Assembly: GCF_963506605.1 (NCBI RefSeq)
Contig: NC_083279.1
Span: forward strand, 56,916,001-56,980,000
DNA length: 64,000 nucleotides
DNA from: Zootoca vivipara
Lineage: Eukaryota
Direction: 5' to 3'
In this document: piece by piece, positions 1 to 11,730 of the stretch
Position numbering within the stretch: the first letter of the stretch is position 1
How the letters are laid out: each line of letters begins with the position of its first letter
The notes under the pieces: generated by a model
The model's database searches: none
What the model was told of the DNA's origin: nothing
What the model saw: only the letters and a program-made list of their open reading frames with translations
Position numbers and translations under genes: made by a program

Positions 1-948
1 AGCCCCAGCACAGTCCCAAAGAAGAGGAAGCTGCATCCTGAACCTTCAGAAGGTCATTTGAAATTGCTAAAAGGTAACAAAGGTAACATATCTGATGCTG
101 CAAACAATCATAAGTCTTCTGCAGATGCCTTGTATGGTCCTGGGCTCAACCAGAAAGAATTGAAATTTAGCAGAACTGATGTTGAATTAAAATACCCTTC
201 AGGTCACGGTTCAAATAATGAAAGTGAAAATAGGAGTTGGTCTAGAGAAAGCAAAGGATTTAACGTGTTGAAACAACTGCTTCTGTCAGAAAATTGTGAA
301 AAAGACGTGCCTCAGCATAGGAATAATTCAGCAGTAACTGATGGCAAAAAGAAAGGAACAAAAAATAACCTCACAAATAACAGCAAAACTGAATTCAGTG
401 TCCCTTCAGTACATACACTAATGGGGAATCCTGGACAGCAAACCAATTGTTTGGATCACCGAACATTTCAATATTCAGTTGCAATGAGGAGTCCTGCCAG
501 TTCTCCCTTCACTGAACATTTGGGAGGCACAGTTTCATCAAAACCTGAATGTGACCAGTTTAGTGTTTGCCATGTACCTAGAGAAAGGGGGCCTATAAAA
601 TGGGTCATCACAGATACGGACAAAAATGAACATGAGCGAGATTCCCCAAGACTGACTAAAACTAATCCTATATTATATTACATGTTACAGAAAGGGGGGA
701 ATTCCATTAATATTCAGGAAGCACATGGCAAAGATGTTTGGAGTGATACGTCATTTACAGAACATTCCTCTGTTGTCACATTTAAGAAAGAGCTTTCGCC
801 TGTTGCAGAATGTAAAATGCCATTTCATAATGTAAGAAATACTTACAGTAGTCATTCAAGTAATAAAGTGTCCCTTCAACACAATGTGAATGGAAATGTA
901 TATGGACTCTTAGACAAAGTATTAACAATTAAAAAAGAACCAGAGTAA
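1..948 (+). CDS. NRIP1: Nuclear receptor-interacting protein 1 (RIP140), C-terminal part of coding exon, 5'-partial
   Basis: Frame 1 is open from base 1 (SPSTVPKKRK...) to TAA 946-948; the TTG at 58 is not the real start. The peptide has the recognisable RIP140 segments SKGFNVLKQLLLSENC (LxxLL, 268-282), GPIKWVITD, DSPRLTKTNPILYYMLQKGG (LxxML, 673-687) and the terminus VYGLL..VLTIKKEPE. Confidence 0.97.
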   Translation, partial: SPSTVPKKRKLHPEPSEGHLKLLKGNKGNISDAANNHKSSADALYGPGLNQKELKFSRTDVELKYPSGHGSNNESENRSWSRESKGFNVLKQLLLSENCEKDVPQHRNNSAVTDGKKKGTKNNLTNNSKTEFSVPSVHTLMGNPGQQTNCLDHRTFQYSVAMRSPASSPFTEHLGGTVSSKPECDQFSVCHVPRERGPIKWVITDTDKNEHERDSPRLTKTNPILYYMLQKGGNSINIQEAHGKDVWSDTSFTEHSSVVTFKKELSPVAECKMPFHNVRNTYSSHSSNKVSLQHNVNGNVYGLLDKVLTIKKEPE

Positions 949-3557
949 ATTATAATCATATTAGAAGTGTTTACAGTCAGGTTGAAATCTTTGCTCTTTT
1001 TTTAAAGTGTTGTATAAATCTAGCATGATTTGAGAAAAGCATGGTATAACTGAAACATGGTTTTGTTTGATGAACTTTTCTGCTGATATTTAAAATACAT
1101 GTAGCAATTTTTTATTTTTATTTTTGCTTTACAGGAAATTTGTCACCAGGCACCTATCATCACAAATTGTTAGTTACATCAAAATTCATAAGGAAACTGA
1201 CTGCTGGTGTTTGTGCAAAGGTTTAAAACCATGTGGTTCAGCTTCCTGATATGTTTCCAAACCATGCAAATGATGGCAGATGGTCTTCCCGTGGACCTTG
1301 GATGTCATGTATATGATTTATTCTTATATTCTTATTATTATTATTATTATTACTTTTAATTATTATTTCTGGAATTTCGTCAGTCGCTTTATCTTGCCTA
1401 GGGCAACCCAAAGCAACTTGCAAACAAAAATCCCCACATAGGTACATTAAAAGACATCCCAATTCTAAAAGTCCACAAATGGCTAAAGGCCTGGTTATAG
1501 ACAAAAGTTTTTGCCTGGCAACTGAGGATTTAGTCCCTTCCCTTCACCAGCAGGTCCCAGTTATAAACATGGCAGGAAGCTGAACCATATGGGCGGAATT
1601 ATTTACAAATATCTGAGCCAGCATAGGGGGGAAATACAGAGATAGCAGCAATTATACTGGGTTATGTGTTATAAAAAGGTACTGTATCTATTTGGAACTA
1701 CTAGTATTACACATGCAATGCATAAAGCTGACACTGCTGGCAGAGTGTTTTGCAGCATTTCATCCTGTTGCATGATATATTTTCCTTTTTGAAACTCTTA
1801 AGCACTGGGGCAGTATAATTTTGTTTCTTCATACATGTATGAAATGTGAAGAACCCCCCCTTTTTTTTGGTAAATGGAACACTTAAGACCAAGGCATTAG
1901 TCTACTCTAGCATATTAGTAATCATCATCAGTGTTAACTGGAGAAATGTATAGAAATGAAACCTTTGGGTGCTTCCTAACGGCTTTTGATTGCATTTTAA
2001 TATCTGGGAGAACCACAAGAAATATATTATGTATTTTCTCTAGTTGCATTTGGAGAATGCCTTCCCTAGACACTCAGCTGAAATAAATATAAAACCTGGG
2101 TTATGCGTTTATAAAGCTAGATTTGCAAAATGCTGGCAGCAAAATATAAGTCCCTCATCCACTTCTTTCATTCCCCCCCCCCCAAAAAAAAATTATACTT
2201 GGTCAAAGAACACATTAGTGAACTTTGGATTTTCCAGATTCAATGTTGCATTTTGCTTAAGAAAAAAGAATAAGTAACACATCGCGTTTGTATCTTTTCC
2301 CATCAGCTCAATCTTGCTTACAGTATGAGCACTACTAAAGTATTGAAAATGCTGACATGTTTAGAGGGATTTTTGGTAAGAAGGTGGCATATGTATTGAT
2401 ATTAGTAGTCAGTGAAAAGATCGTTTGTGGAAAATTAATTAATATTTAATAAACCAGAATTAAGGGAGGTGAAGTATCGCAAATTTAAAGAATGGAATGA
2501 CAGTTTTTACAAGTTCTGTTTATCACTCTCCAACTTCTTAGACAAATTTTACCTAAGTAGGATATTTTGAGTTTGTACTGAATTTTAGTTTAGGTAAATC
2601 CTGTGTCTACTGCAATGCTTTTAAACATGTAGGAGTCTTAACTCAGAAGTTCAGTTAAGCTGTGATCCTATACAATAGGGTTGTAGAACAGGATTCCCCC
2701 CTCCCATGAGCCATGTTGATGAGTGCGTATGGCTGCAAAGCCTAATTTGGCAAATGGGCCCAAGGTCCGCCCCCCCCAAAAAAACCTTATTCACACATGG
2801 CAATAAGTCCAATTGATTTCTGTGGTACCTACTTGTAAGTGGCATGTATAGAATTGCACTGTTTGTTAAGTTGGGTTTTGATTACTTCACTTTTCTGCAT
2901 AATTTACTTATTATTTTTTTAAAAAAATACACTATTCTGAGCTAAAACGTTTATTGCAACACAGTTCAAATGTGTTCACGTCTTCCATTGATTTTGAGGG
3001 GATTTTTTTATCAATGTCCTAGAAAAAGAATCAGGCAAGTTCAGTGCAGCTCAATGAGTGATTTTGATTATGATGAAAGCATATATTTTAATGCTGACTG
3101 GATAAAGCTTTTACATACAAGAAGATAAATATTTTCAACCAGATCTTGTTTTACCTTCCATCATAAGCTTGGCATCAGTTGTAAAGTTATATAATTCAAA
3201 CTTCTTTATTTTGTAGCTGAACACCTTCTCTTTGCCCCGGTAGAGAAATGTATTAGAAATATTTGTTCCAGCTGTTAGTCTACAAAGTATCACAGCTTTA
3301 TTATTATTATTATTAACATAATATAATTAATAATAATATAAAAAAATTAAAGTATGTGTGTGTGATTGTGAACGACAGACCAGGTAGATTCATAGCCCTG
3401 GAGGAAATACAAATTTGTCTTTATAGGAAAATCCCAGTGCAAATTGGCATGAAAAAAATTGGCTGAAGCTCTGTTGTATCCCACCATTCTACTCCTGTTG
3501 CCAATGGCGCCTTCAGGTGTACTTTAATTTCATGACAAAATACTGTTACCTTATATC

Positions 3558-3655
3558 AGGGATTGACAACCTGTGGCCCTCCAGGAGTTCTTGGACTACA
3601 GATCCTGACTATTTGCCATGCAGTTGGGACAACATCTGGTGGGCCATAAGTTGCC
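3558..3655. mobile_element. Degenerate palindromic hAT-type MITE within the 3'UTR
   Basis: cagggattgacaacctgtggccctccag...ttggactaca...catctggtgggccataagttgcc resembles the intact copies at 18301 and 26703. Confidence 0.65.
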
Positions 3656-4622
3656 TTTGTCTTATACTACCTTGGTATAATCATAGACACTGCATTTCTA
3701 TATTCTAGTGGATTGTGGGCTTTTCATCACAGATGCTAGAGATGACAATTCTGATAGTTAACAGTTTACATATTCCTCTTGGGAGTTATTTGCACAAATA
3801 TTTTAAGAGCTCACCTTACCTGTATTTATCGACAAATACACATTGCAGATTAATTTTCCCCATACTGAACCTTATAATGAGAGCAGTTCAGTTGGTACAT
3901 CTCATCTCAGTCATGTACTTCATTGACACCACAAATCTCATAACTTGGTAGAACACATTATTTCAAAAAGATTTTAGATATGTAATTACCTGCCTTAACC
4001 AGTACAATGTAGTTTAGGAAACAAGGTGGGGCAAGACCATGCTTTGCTTGTAACCATTTCCATAGTTCAGAATACAAAGCACACACCTGCCAGTTATACA
4101 TCAGTGTAATATGTGACACAGAATCAACTTCTACACTATGATGCATAGCTATCTGCCCCAATTGTGTGTAAAATAGGGGACTGATGGCAACATGCAGGTA
4201 CATCTACACAGCCCCCTGCAGTTCTGCAAAGGCTTTTTTTTAGCAGGACTTCAATCCATCAGTCTGCCTGGCAGAGGAAGAAGAAGAAGAAAAACTGAAG
4301 GGTACAGGGAAGGTTCTGGGCTTCTCAACCACTTACCCCTCTTGGTTCAAGCCCCCATTTTACATGAGTGGAGGCAGATTAAAATTCATGGGCCTGCAAC
4401 TTCGTAGTTTCAACTAGAGAGCTGTATTGGTACAGTTGAAAGAGTTTGATCAAAAGGACAGAAGGAAAAATAATTCACTGTCTTCCCACATAGTATGAAA
4501 GAGGAAAAATGTGGACCTGTGTTGGAACATTTCTCTCGTTTCATTCTGTAAAGGCAAACACAAATTAGAACTTCAGAAAAACATGGACACTATATTTTAC
4601 TAGAGAAAATGACTTAAAGCAT

Positions 4623-4785
4623 CAATCCTTTCCTCACTTAGAAGTAAACCCAATTGAGCACAGTGGGTCTTGCATCTAAATAGACATGGGTAGGATTGGG
4701 TGGCACATTTGGAATCCTATGCATGTTTACCCGAAAGGAAATGTGATGGAATTCAGTAAAAACCTCTGAGCATGTTTAGGATTAC
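4623..4785. repeat. Two adjacent degenerate short palindromic repeats (caatcct...aggattg type)
   Basis: Each ~75 bp unit starts aatcct and ends aggatt. Similar units occur at ~29170-29250 and ~63080-63150. Confidence 0.5.
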
Positions 4786-5833
4786 CCTGAAAACCCATTT
4801 CTGTAAGAGCAGTTCATCTCTGAAGATGAACACAACAGTTTGAAAGGGAAATCAGCCATGTATTTACTTCTTAAGCTATATATTTTTAAAAAATAGATTA
4901 TAAAGTGCTTAATTTACATTTTTTTAAAAAAAAATGATTTAAGTTTCCCCCAACAAAACATCAGTGAAATGTGATAGAGCAGTCATTAATGACAACAAAA
5001 TGTTGCCAGTTTATCTCTGCTGCATTTTAGTTGAGTGAACTGGTAAGTTATATTTTATATATATATGTATATGTATACATATGTAAATATATAGACTTGT
5101 TACACATACATGTTGAAATTGATTTTTAAAAAAGTGATGTAAATAGTGGTTTCTTTAATGAAAAATACATATTTTGTATTCTATCTAATGCAAAGGAAAA
5201 ACATTTTAATCTTTTTGTTATGTATATTCCATATATTAAATGTAAATATGATCACATAGGTTTAAATTTTTTGCATGTATGTATACAGTTGCAAGTCTGG
5301 AAGAATGTATAGAAAATGTTTTATTTAATATTGTAATTACCTGCTGCATGAAAAATGCATGGGAGACCCTGTGCATCTCTGCAATGGCAAATATGTCTTA
5401 AGTCAAACCAGATGTTTATCAAACACAATTGTATTCTGTTTCTGGACATGACTTCTGCTGTGGTATTTTAGCTTTGTGAAAGAATGTGCTTCAAATGAAA
5501 GGGTCTGGGGGAAAAGTCAACCTTTTTTTCCTTTTCATTTTTTAAAACGAAAAGAGCACCTCCCCACCCCCAACAGCAAACATTAACATTTTGTTATTCC
5601 ATTTCAAACCACTGCAATTCTATTCTGGTATTGCTAGATGTGCAGTACTGGTTTCATTACCACACACAAGAATTCTGGGGTTTATGCAATCTTTTCGTTG
5701 TGGTGTTTCACTAATTTAACTGTTCTCATTTTTATTAGGAAATGATTTATTCATGTGATGTCACAAAACTGTACATACTGCAGTGTGAGGTTTTTTTTAA
5801 TTCTTTCAGTGTTTACTTCCTACAGAAAATTTG

Positions 5834-5839
5834 AATAAA
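5834..5839 (+). terminator. Polyadenylation signal AATAAA (putative NRIP1 main site)
   Basis: AATAAA after a U-rich/UGUA-rich upstream region, with U/GU-rich sequence downstream (5870-5940). Confidence 0.65.
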
Positions 5840-8800
5840 TGAAAAAAATGCATTGACTTTGAAGTTCTAATCTATTTATTGTCCAGCCAGTAAGTAGGCT
5901 AACAATGCTTGCTCAAAAGTTCCCCTGACGGTGTGTGTTTGCTTGAAGATCAGCGATTTCTATTTAGTTACAGCTGTACATATTTGTGGTAGCCACATGC
6001 ATAAGTCCCCAGGTATAGGCTATACATACAATCCATACCACATCCCATTCCTCCTAGATCAGGAGCCCACAAGCAGTCCAACTCATCCCATGTAATCACA
6101 TGGAGTCCACCCAGAGTAAGAACTTGGCCTGTGTTCATTTAGCCCTATGATAATTTGATCAACCAGCTAATCTACCTTCATTTTACTAGTCTGTGCTTCT
6201 GAGTGCAGTTGTATTAGTGTGAGCAAGATGAATTGTGCCCCCATTTGCAACAAGTTCAGCTCCTGCCCTCTAATTCAAGCATGATTCCCCTTCAAAGTAC
6301 TTGGAGGGGACCTCTTATCATCTGCTGCTGCTTCATGTCCACCAAAAGCAACGTCAGAGGTGTCATTTGTTCTTCAGGTGACCATTGCTATACATATGGT
6401 CAAGTCTTTGTGATCATCAAATGGGGCTATAAGATTATGGTTTCCTTCTGCTTTGCAGTGTACTCTTTTTTGCAGTTATTCTGCAAAACCACCAAATGCA
6501 AAAAAGAGAAGTTATCACTGAAATAAAATATTTTGACTGAGCTAGATTGTAGGCACCCCAATTTTGAGAAGCATATCTGTACAAAACACTTTTGTGGTCC
6601 AGGAGGCTTTATCCAAATGAAGAGGGGGGGAAAACACTGGGTAAAGTTGTTTGTCTCTGAATGCGGAGTCACACAGTGTATCCATTTACACTGCAGTTAT
6701 TTCTTTAAGGTATGCACCACCATTGATATTCAGTAGATTACCAGAGTAGGGTCAAGATGCATGGCTCCAGTTCAGCTATTTGCATGTAAAACAGGTCTCA
6801 GAAAAAATTGTACAAGCATATGAAGATACAGTTTGCCACACATTTTGCATACAGGCAACTCTCCATTAACTCAGGGGGTTTGTTCTGAGGCACTGTGCAT
6901 TTAAGCAAAATGTGTATATTGGGAATCGCTTTCTCTGCATAGGCCTCACAGGTTGGTGCAAGGCCTTCTAAGATTGAACTAGCAAAGGCTTGTGGGATTT
7001 CTAGGTCCTGTCATCACACCATTTTTGCCCTTTCTGCACTCTTAGGGATGTTTTTGCCCCTTTTCTAGTCACTTCTGGCTTTTGCACATACTGAACACAC
7101 ACAATATGGTCATTGCCTATACTTAAAAACACCAGTGATTTTAATTCAGTCTGATCTGGAAATCAATGGGGTTTAACAATGGTTTATTCTAGACTGAATT
7201 GTGGCTAATATATATACTGATACAAAACTCTCAAGAGTGTTTCCTCCCACCTAAATATTTTAACTGAATTTTAATAACAACCACGTTTCTGAAATTAAAA
7301 GTTAAAGAAAAATAAATCCAAGCAAAATAAAAACACATACACTGTCCCAAGTTGTGACAACTCTCCTATTGATCCTTATGTAGCCAATACAGCATCACCC
7401 TCACAACAGAAGCAGCACTCGAGTAAACCTTGAGGTCTACACAAGAACCAAAAAAGCAAAAAGGAATCTAGGAAAAAACCCTTTGGGGCTGGGAAAAATC
7501 CCGAAACAGTCCGATGACAACCGAATATGCTCAGTGGCCTTGGAAAGCTGGCTCACTGTTGGAAGTGGGCAAGAATGGAATGCTGGGGAAACGCCCGCTG
7601 TAACCCTGAACAGGAGCACTGCACATCATATTACTGAAATCCTGAATTGGAACCCTTTTCTGCCTGCAAGTGAGCAATTTTCTTTCCCTTCCCCTCCTAA
7701 CCAGACACCTCTCTAGAGCACATTGTTCCAGGGGCAATATGAATGTGCACAGCCTTTAGTTTTAAGTGTCCATGTGCTCCGTTTATATGATGATCCAGCA
7801 TGCTTACACTGTGATAGCTGTTCTTGGCACATCACATTGGTTGGATAGCTGCATAAAACAGGAGAAGAAATGTGGGGTGAGGGAAGCAGATGTACATGAA
7901 TATTACTTCACAGGCCACTCAAGGCAGCATTTTTGAAATGACACTACAACAATATTTTTAAATAAGCGTATCTACAAATTTCCTCCTAGTTTATCTCCTA
8001 TGGGATATGATTTAAACACCAACAGAGGAAAACATTGCTGCTTTGATTCGCCTTGACAATCAATAAGGAGCTTTGGGAATTTCACACAGATTTGGAAATG
8101 CACCTTGGAAGAAGCGCATAAATGAACTTGTACCCCTGTCATATTAAAGGAGTTTATTGCTCTTCAGGGAAGCCTTAATACTTGGTTAATTGAGAAGGCG
8201 GAAGATCATTTGCACTTGACTGCACAGTATTACTACGAATGTTATAATAAATGGAGTAAACTTTAGCTCTCATGCTAGAGTAACATTTTACAAGGAAAGC
8301 TTAATAAAATAGCCAAAGGCAGTGTTTGTTTTTGATTAGCTGATACCGACTTTTGAATGGTAAAGGCTTCTGTTACAATTCATTGGTATATATTGTAACA
8401 CAACTGAGAGTAGATTTGGTTTAACCACTGAAGTGAAAGGCACCCAGCCACAACTATTCCTCTCCCGGCCCCCCAAAAACATAAATCCTGAGTTGTGGAG
8501 TGAGGTGATAATGTCTCAAAAGTGTAAAGTGTAACCATTTCTGTAAGCATGCTGAATTGTTGATATCTTAGCTGGAGATAGTTGGTCTAGTTTCATTCAA
8601 ATTTGCACCCCAGAGATTAAAGCAGAAAGACCATAGACTAAAGATTATAACTGAAAAGAATTAAATGGTTTATTGACAAATAATATAGAAACAGTAGATA
8701 ATAAAAATTAGTGGTCCAAATGACTCCAAAAGTACAGAAAAGAAATTCAATCCAAGCACTCCAATGTAGTGGACAAGGCAAAGCACTAAGAGTAAACTAA

Positions 8801-8849
8801 AAAGGAATCAAGTGTTGATATGCATAAAGAATGAGAACTATAATAAAGC

Positions 8850-9180
8850 AATGTTTCATTCCTATACCACTTTATATTTTTAAGGAGAATATCTCAAAGG
8901 ACTTTACAACACATTAAAATATACAATGAAACAATCCAGAATAAAGCATTACTGAAGAAAGTTGACTATAAAGTATGCATTCAAGCAGCATAATTAACAG
9001 GAAACTAAACTATTATCTTAAAGATTTCAAAATAAAACATTACAAAGGAGGTCAACTACAGAATGCACATCTAACACAGCCAGGTTAACAGCAAAAATTA
9101 TCTTAAATGTTTCAAAAGAAGACATTACACAATGATGTCAGATATAAAATGTAAAACAACATAATTAAGAAGAGAATAAC
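8850..9180 (-). mobile_element. L2-type LINE 3' end with ~85-90 bp internal tandem units
   Basis: Repeated unit attatcttaaa.(a/g)tttcaaaa.aa.acattac at ~9013 and ~9098. Reverse-complement match to 61840-62520. Confidence 0.6.
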
Positions 9181-9949
9181 ATATCATCAGAAGCATAGAA
9201 CATACCTGCTGCTGTTGCTGCCCAACCTGCCAATGGTGGTTCATGGTGGGCAGTGGCCGTGGAAGTTCAGGCTTGATGACCTGGGTCTGTACTAAGAGAC
9301 AACCAAGATGGTCTCTGGCCTCTTCAGCAGGTGCAGGTTTTGTAGTTGGAGTCAGTCAGAGCCCTGCCATCCCAAAAGGTGGGGAAAGGTCTGCAAGGTA
9401 GAGGGCAGGTCCCTCAGGACTCACTGCTAAGATGGTCAGTTGATTGATTGCCTGGATGGTTGGTTGGTTAATTGATTGATTGATTGCCATGTCTTACATT
9501 ACCTCCTCCTGATATTTCCTCCGGCCCATCTAGTTTAAAAGCATCCTTAAGTGTTTTAGCACTACGTCCGAAAGAGAGAAAAACATACCTACCATTCTAG
9601 TATAGCAGATCAACAAGCTCAAAAATCTCTGCTTCCAGCAAAGCAGGAATAGAAAAACAAAAGAAAGATGAAGGGATGAGAAAAGGGAAGGAAATAACAA
9701 TAGCACATGGGTCACCAATGTGGTGCCTGGGGACACAAAAGGTTTTCCCTGGGGCCCAAAGGGAAAATTAGGCTGAAAAGAAGACTTGAAGGCCTAATTG
9801 TGGCAGAAGGGTGATTTCAGGGTGCCACAGCTGTGGAGCGGATGAATTAAGTCTCCCCTCCTCCCTGTAAACCCCCCCCCCATTAAAAAAACAGATCTCT
9901 AAATCTGGTCATCACCAGATCCTGAAGCCATGTGTCCTTCACAAGTAAT

Positions 9950-10040
9950 TAAGCTTGCCTAATCTCAGAAGGAACTGAGTTCCATAGTTGTGGGGCTACT
10001 ATGGAAAAAACCCCTGCCACAAGTGCCTGTCTGCTATGCA
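9950..10040 (-). mobile_element. Old L2 LINE ORF2 C-terminal fragment
   Basis: Translates AGVFSIVAPQLWNSVPSEIRQA, the typical RAFSxxAPxLWNxLP motif. Confidence 0.65.
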
Positions 10041-10257
10041 GGCTACAAGATATTGTAAGTCTAATTCTATGTACATTCGGCAGTGAACAGTGACTCCCAG
10101 CATGGGATTTGATCCTGTTTCCTTGGAAGAAGTAATGAAGCCCTGTGAATAGAATACACCTAAATGAATAAAACACACGTTAAGCAACCAAATAGCTCCA
10201 AAATGACAAAGTTCTGATGAGTGTGAAAGTGCTTTGGATCATTCATCCAATACTTGT

Positions 10258-10322
10258 TCATGATCTAGTTGAGATTCCTGCTTTGCAGCAGGGTCTAGAT
10301 GACCCTACAATTCTATGATTAT
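10258..10322 (+). mobile_element. CR1 LINE 3' tip
   Basis: gagattcctgctttgcag...ctagatgaccct...attctatgatt, carrying the CR1 octamer tail. Confidence 0.65.
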
Positions 10323-10929
10323 ATGTCAGCATCACATCCTAGTTCATATCAAATGAAGAGATTTGGCTTATTATTTTTCTAGATTAGTTTCTCCATGTGC
10401 AATTCTCCAGGGAAATACATTTATAAATTTTGCTTTCAGTCTTCATTAATACTGTTTTTCATATAATTAGATGTGTATGCTTAAAATATCTACTGACCTT
10501 GTCATTTTTGTTTATCCAGTTCCCACTAGAATAGACCAGAGCCTTGAAATGTTGATTTATTTGGAAGAAGTGATGCTAAAGTCTCAAAAAAGCTCTACTG
10601 TAATCCCTGTACCAGGGATTCCAAAACAATCACATATGATCCGGCAGTCATCCGTATACTTATTAAACATAACTGGGTACTTTTTCTTGAAAAGTGTCAC
10701 CTAAATATAGGTAGAGCTTGCATGCCCATGGAAGCAGGATTTTGCAGGCATACCTCTAGTGAGATTGGGAATTGTGCAGACAATTGTGAAACCCCATTGA
10801 TTGGTTACCAGGAAGGCACATTTAATTATTTATAAAATACAATATGGTTGAAGAGTAATAATAATGGTTTTTGCATGCTATTATATAACTCTGCAGAGTA
10901 AGAATGATTAATAAGACATCATACCAGCA

Positions 10930-11063
10930 AATCCACCCACATATTGTTTAGCTACTATTGCAGTTAAAGAGTATTGCAGCCTTAAACAGTAAGGCTTCCA
11001 CCAAAGAATTCTGGGAGTTGTGGTTTTTTTAAGGGTGCTGAGGGGAGCCCTATTCCCTAATAT

Positions 11064-11103
<40 letters not shown>

Positions 11104-11730
11104 TATTTGTATGCCACCCATCTAACTGGGTTGCTCCAGGTACTCTGGGCTGTTCCCAACAAAATATTGTAAAAACACAACACGTCACACACTAAAAACT
11201 TCCCTGAACTATGGAAGGTCATATAATTATTTATCTCTTTGATATCTGATGGGAAGGTGTTCCACAGAGTGGGTTCAGCTACAGAGAAGGCCCTCTGCCT
11301 GGTTCCCTGTAGCTTCATTTCTTTCAGTGAGGGAACTACCAGAATGCCCTCAGAGCTGGATCTTAGTGTCTGGGCTGCACGATGGGGGTGGAAACGCTCC
11401 TTCAGGTATACTGGGCCAAAACCATTTAGGGCTTTAAAGGCTAGGACCAACACTTTGAATTGTGTTCATAAATGTTCTGGGAGCCAATGTAGTTCATGTA
11501 GGACCAGTGTTTAGGGCCAATGTAGTTCTTTTAGGTTAGGGCCAGCCACAATTCTCAGAGTGCTTTAACAATCAATACCTCTTCATAGGAAACTGGCAAT
11601 TGTAGCGCTGTGAGGGTGGTGTTCTAACAACTCTCAGCATCCTTAACAAACAGCAGCTCCCAGGATTCTTTGTCCATGACTGCTTGAAGTGGTCTCATAG
11701 TGCTTTAAACATATGGTGTGAATATGGCCC
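10930..11730. mobile_element. Old palindromic MITE split by an L2 insertion
   Basis: Left arm aaagaattctgggagttgtggttttttt-aagggtgctgag (~11003-11042) is inverted relative to right arm ctcagcatccttaacaaacagcagctcccaggattcttt (~11633-11671). Ends are approximate. Confidence 0.55.
11064..11540 (-). mobile_element. 5'-truncated L2 LINE with (TGT)n tail
   Basis: ORF LVLAFKALNGFGPVYLKER...RAFSVAEPTLWN, with a microsatellite tail (ACA)n at 11064-11102. Same family as 39697-41393. Confidence 0.9.

Larger units (their letters stand above)
949..5860 (+). other. NRIP1: NRIP1 3'UTR (putative)
   Basis: Follows the stop codon. AU-rich, with a UGUA-rich distal block (5040-5800), ending at a canonical AATAAA. 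The end point is inferred. Confidence 0.7.

Noticed and set aside
2854-2861. miR-130/148 seed match TTGCACTG
   Set aside because: Lies at the end of a probable repeat insertion, so unlikely to be a conserved site.
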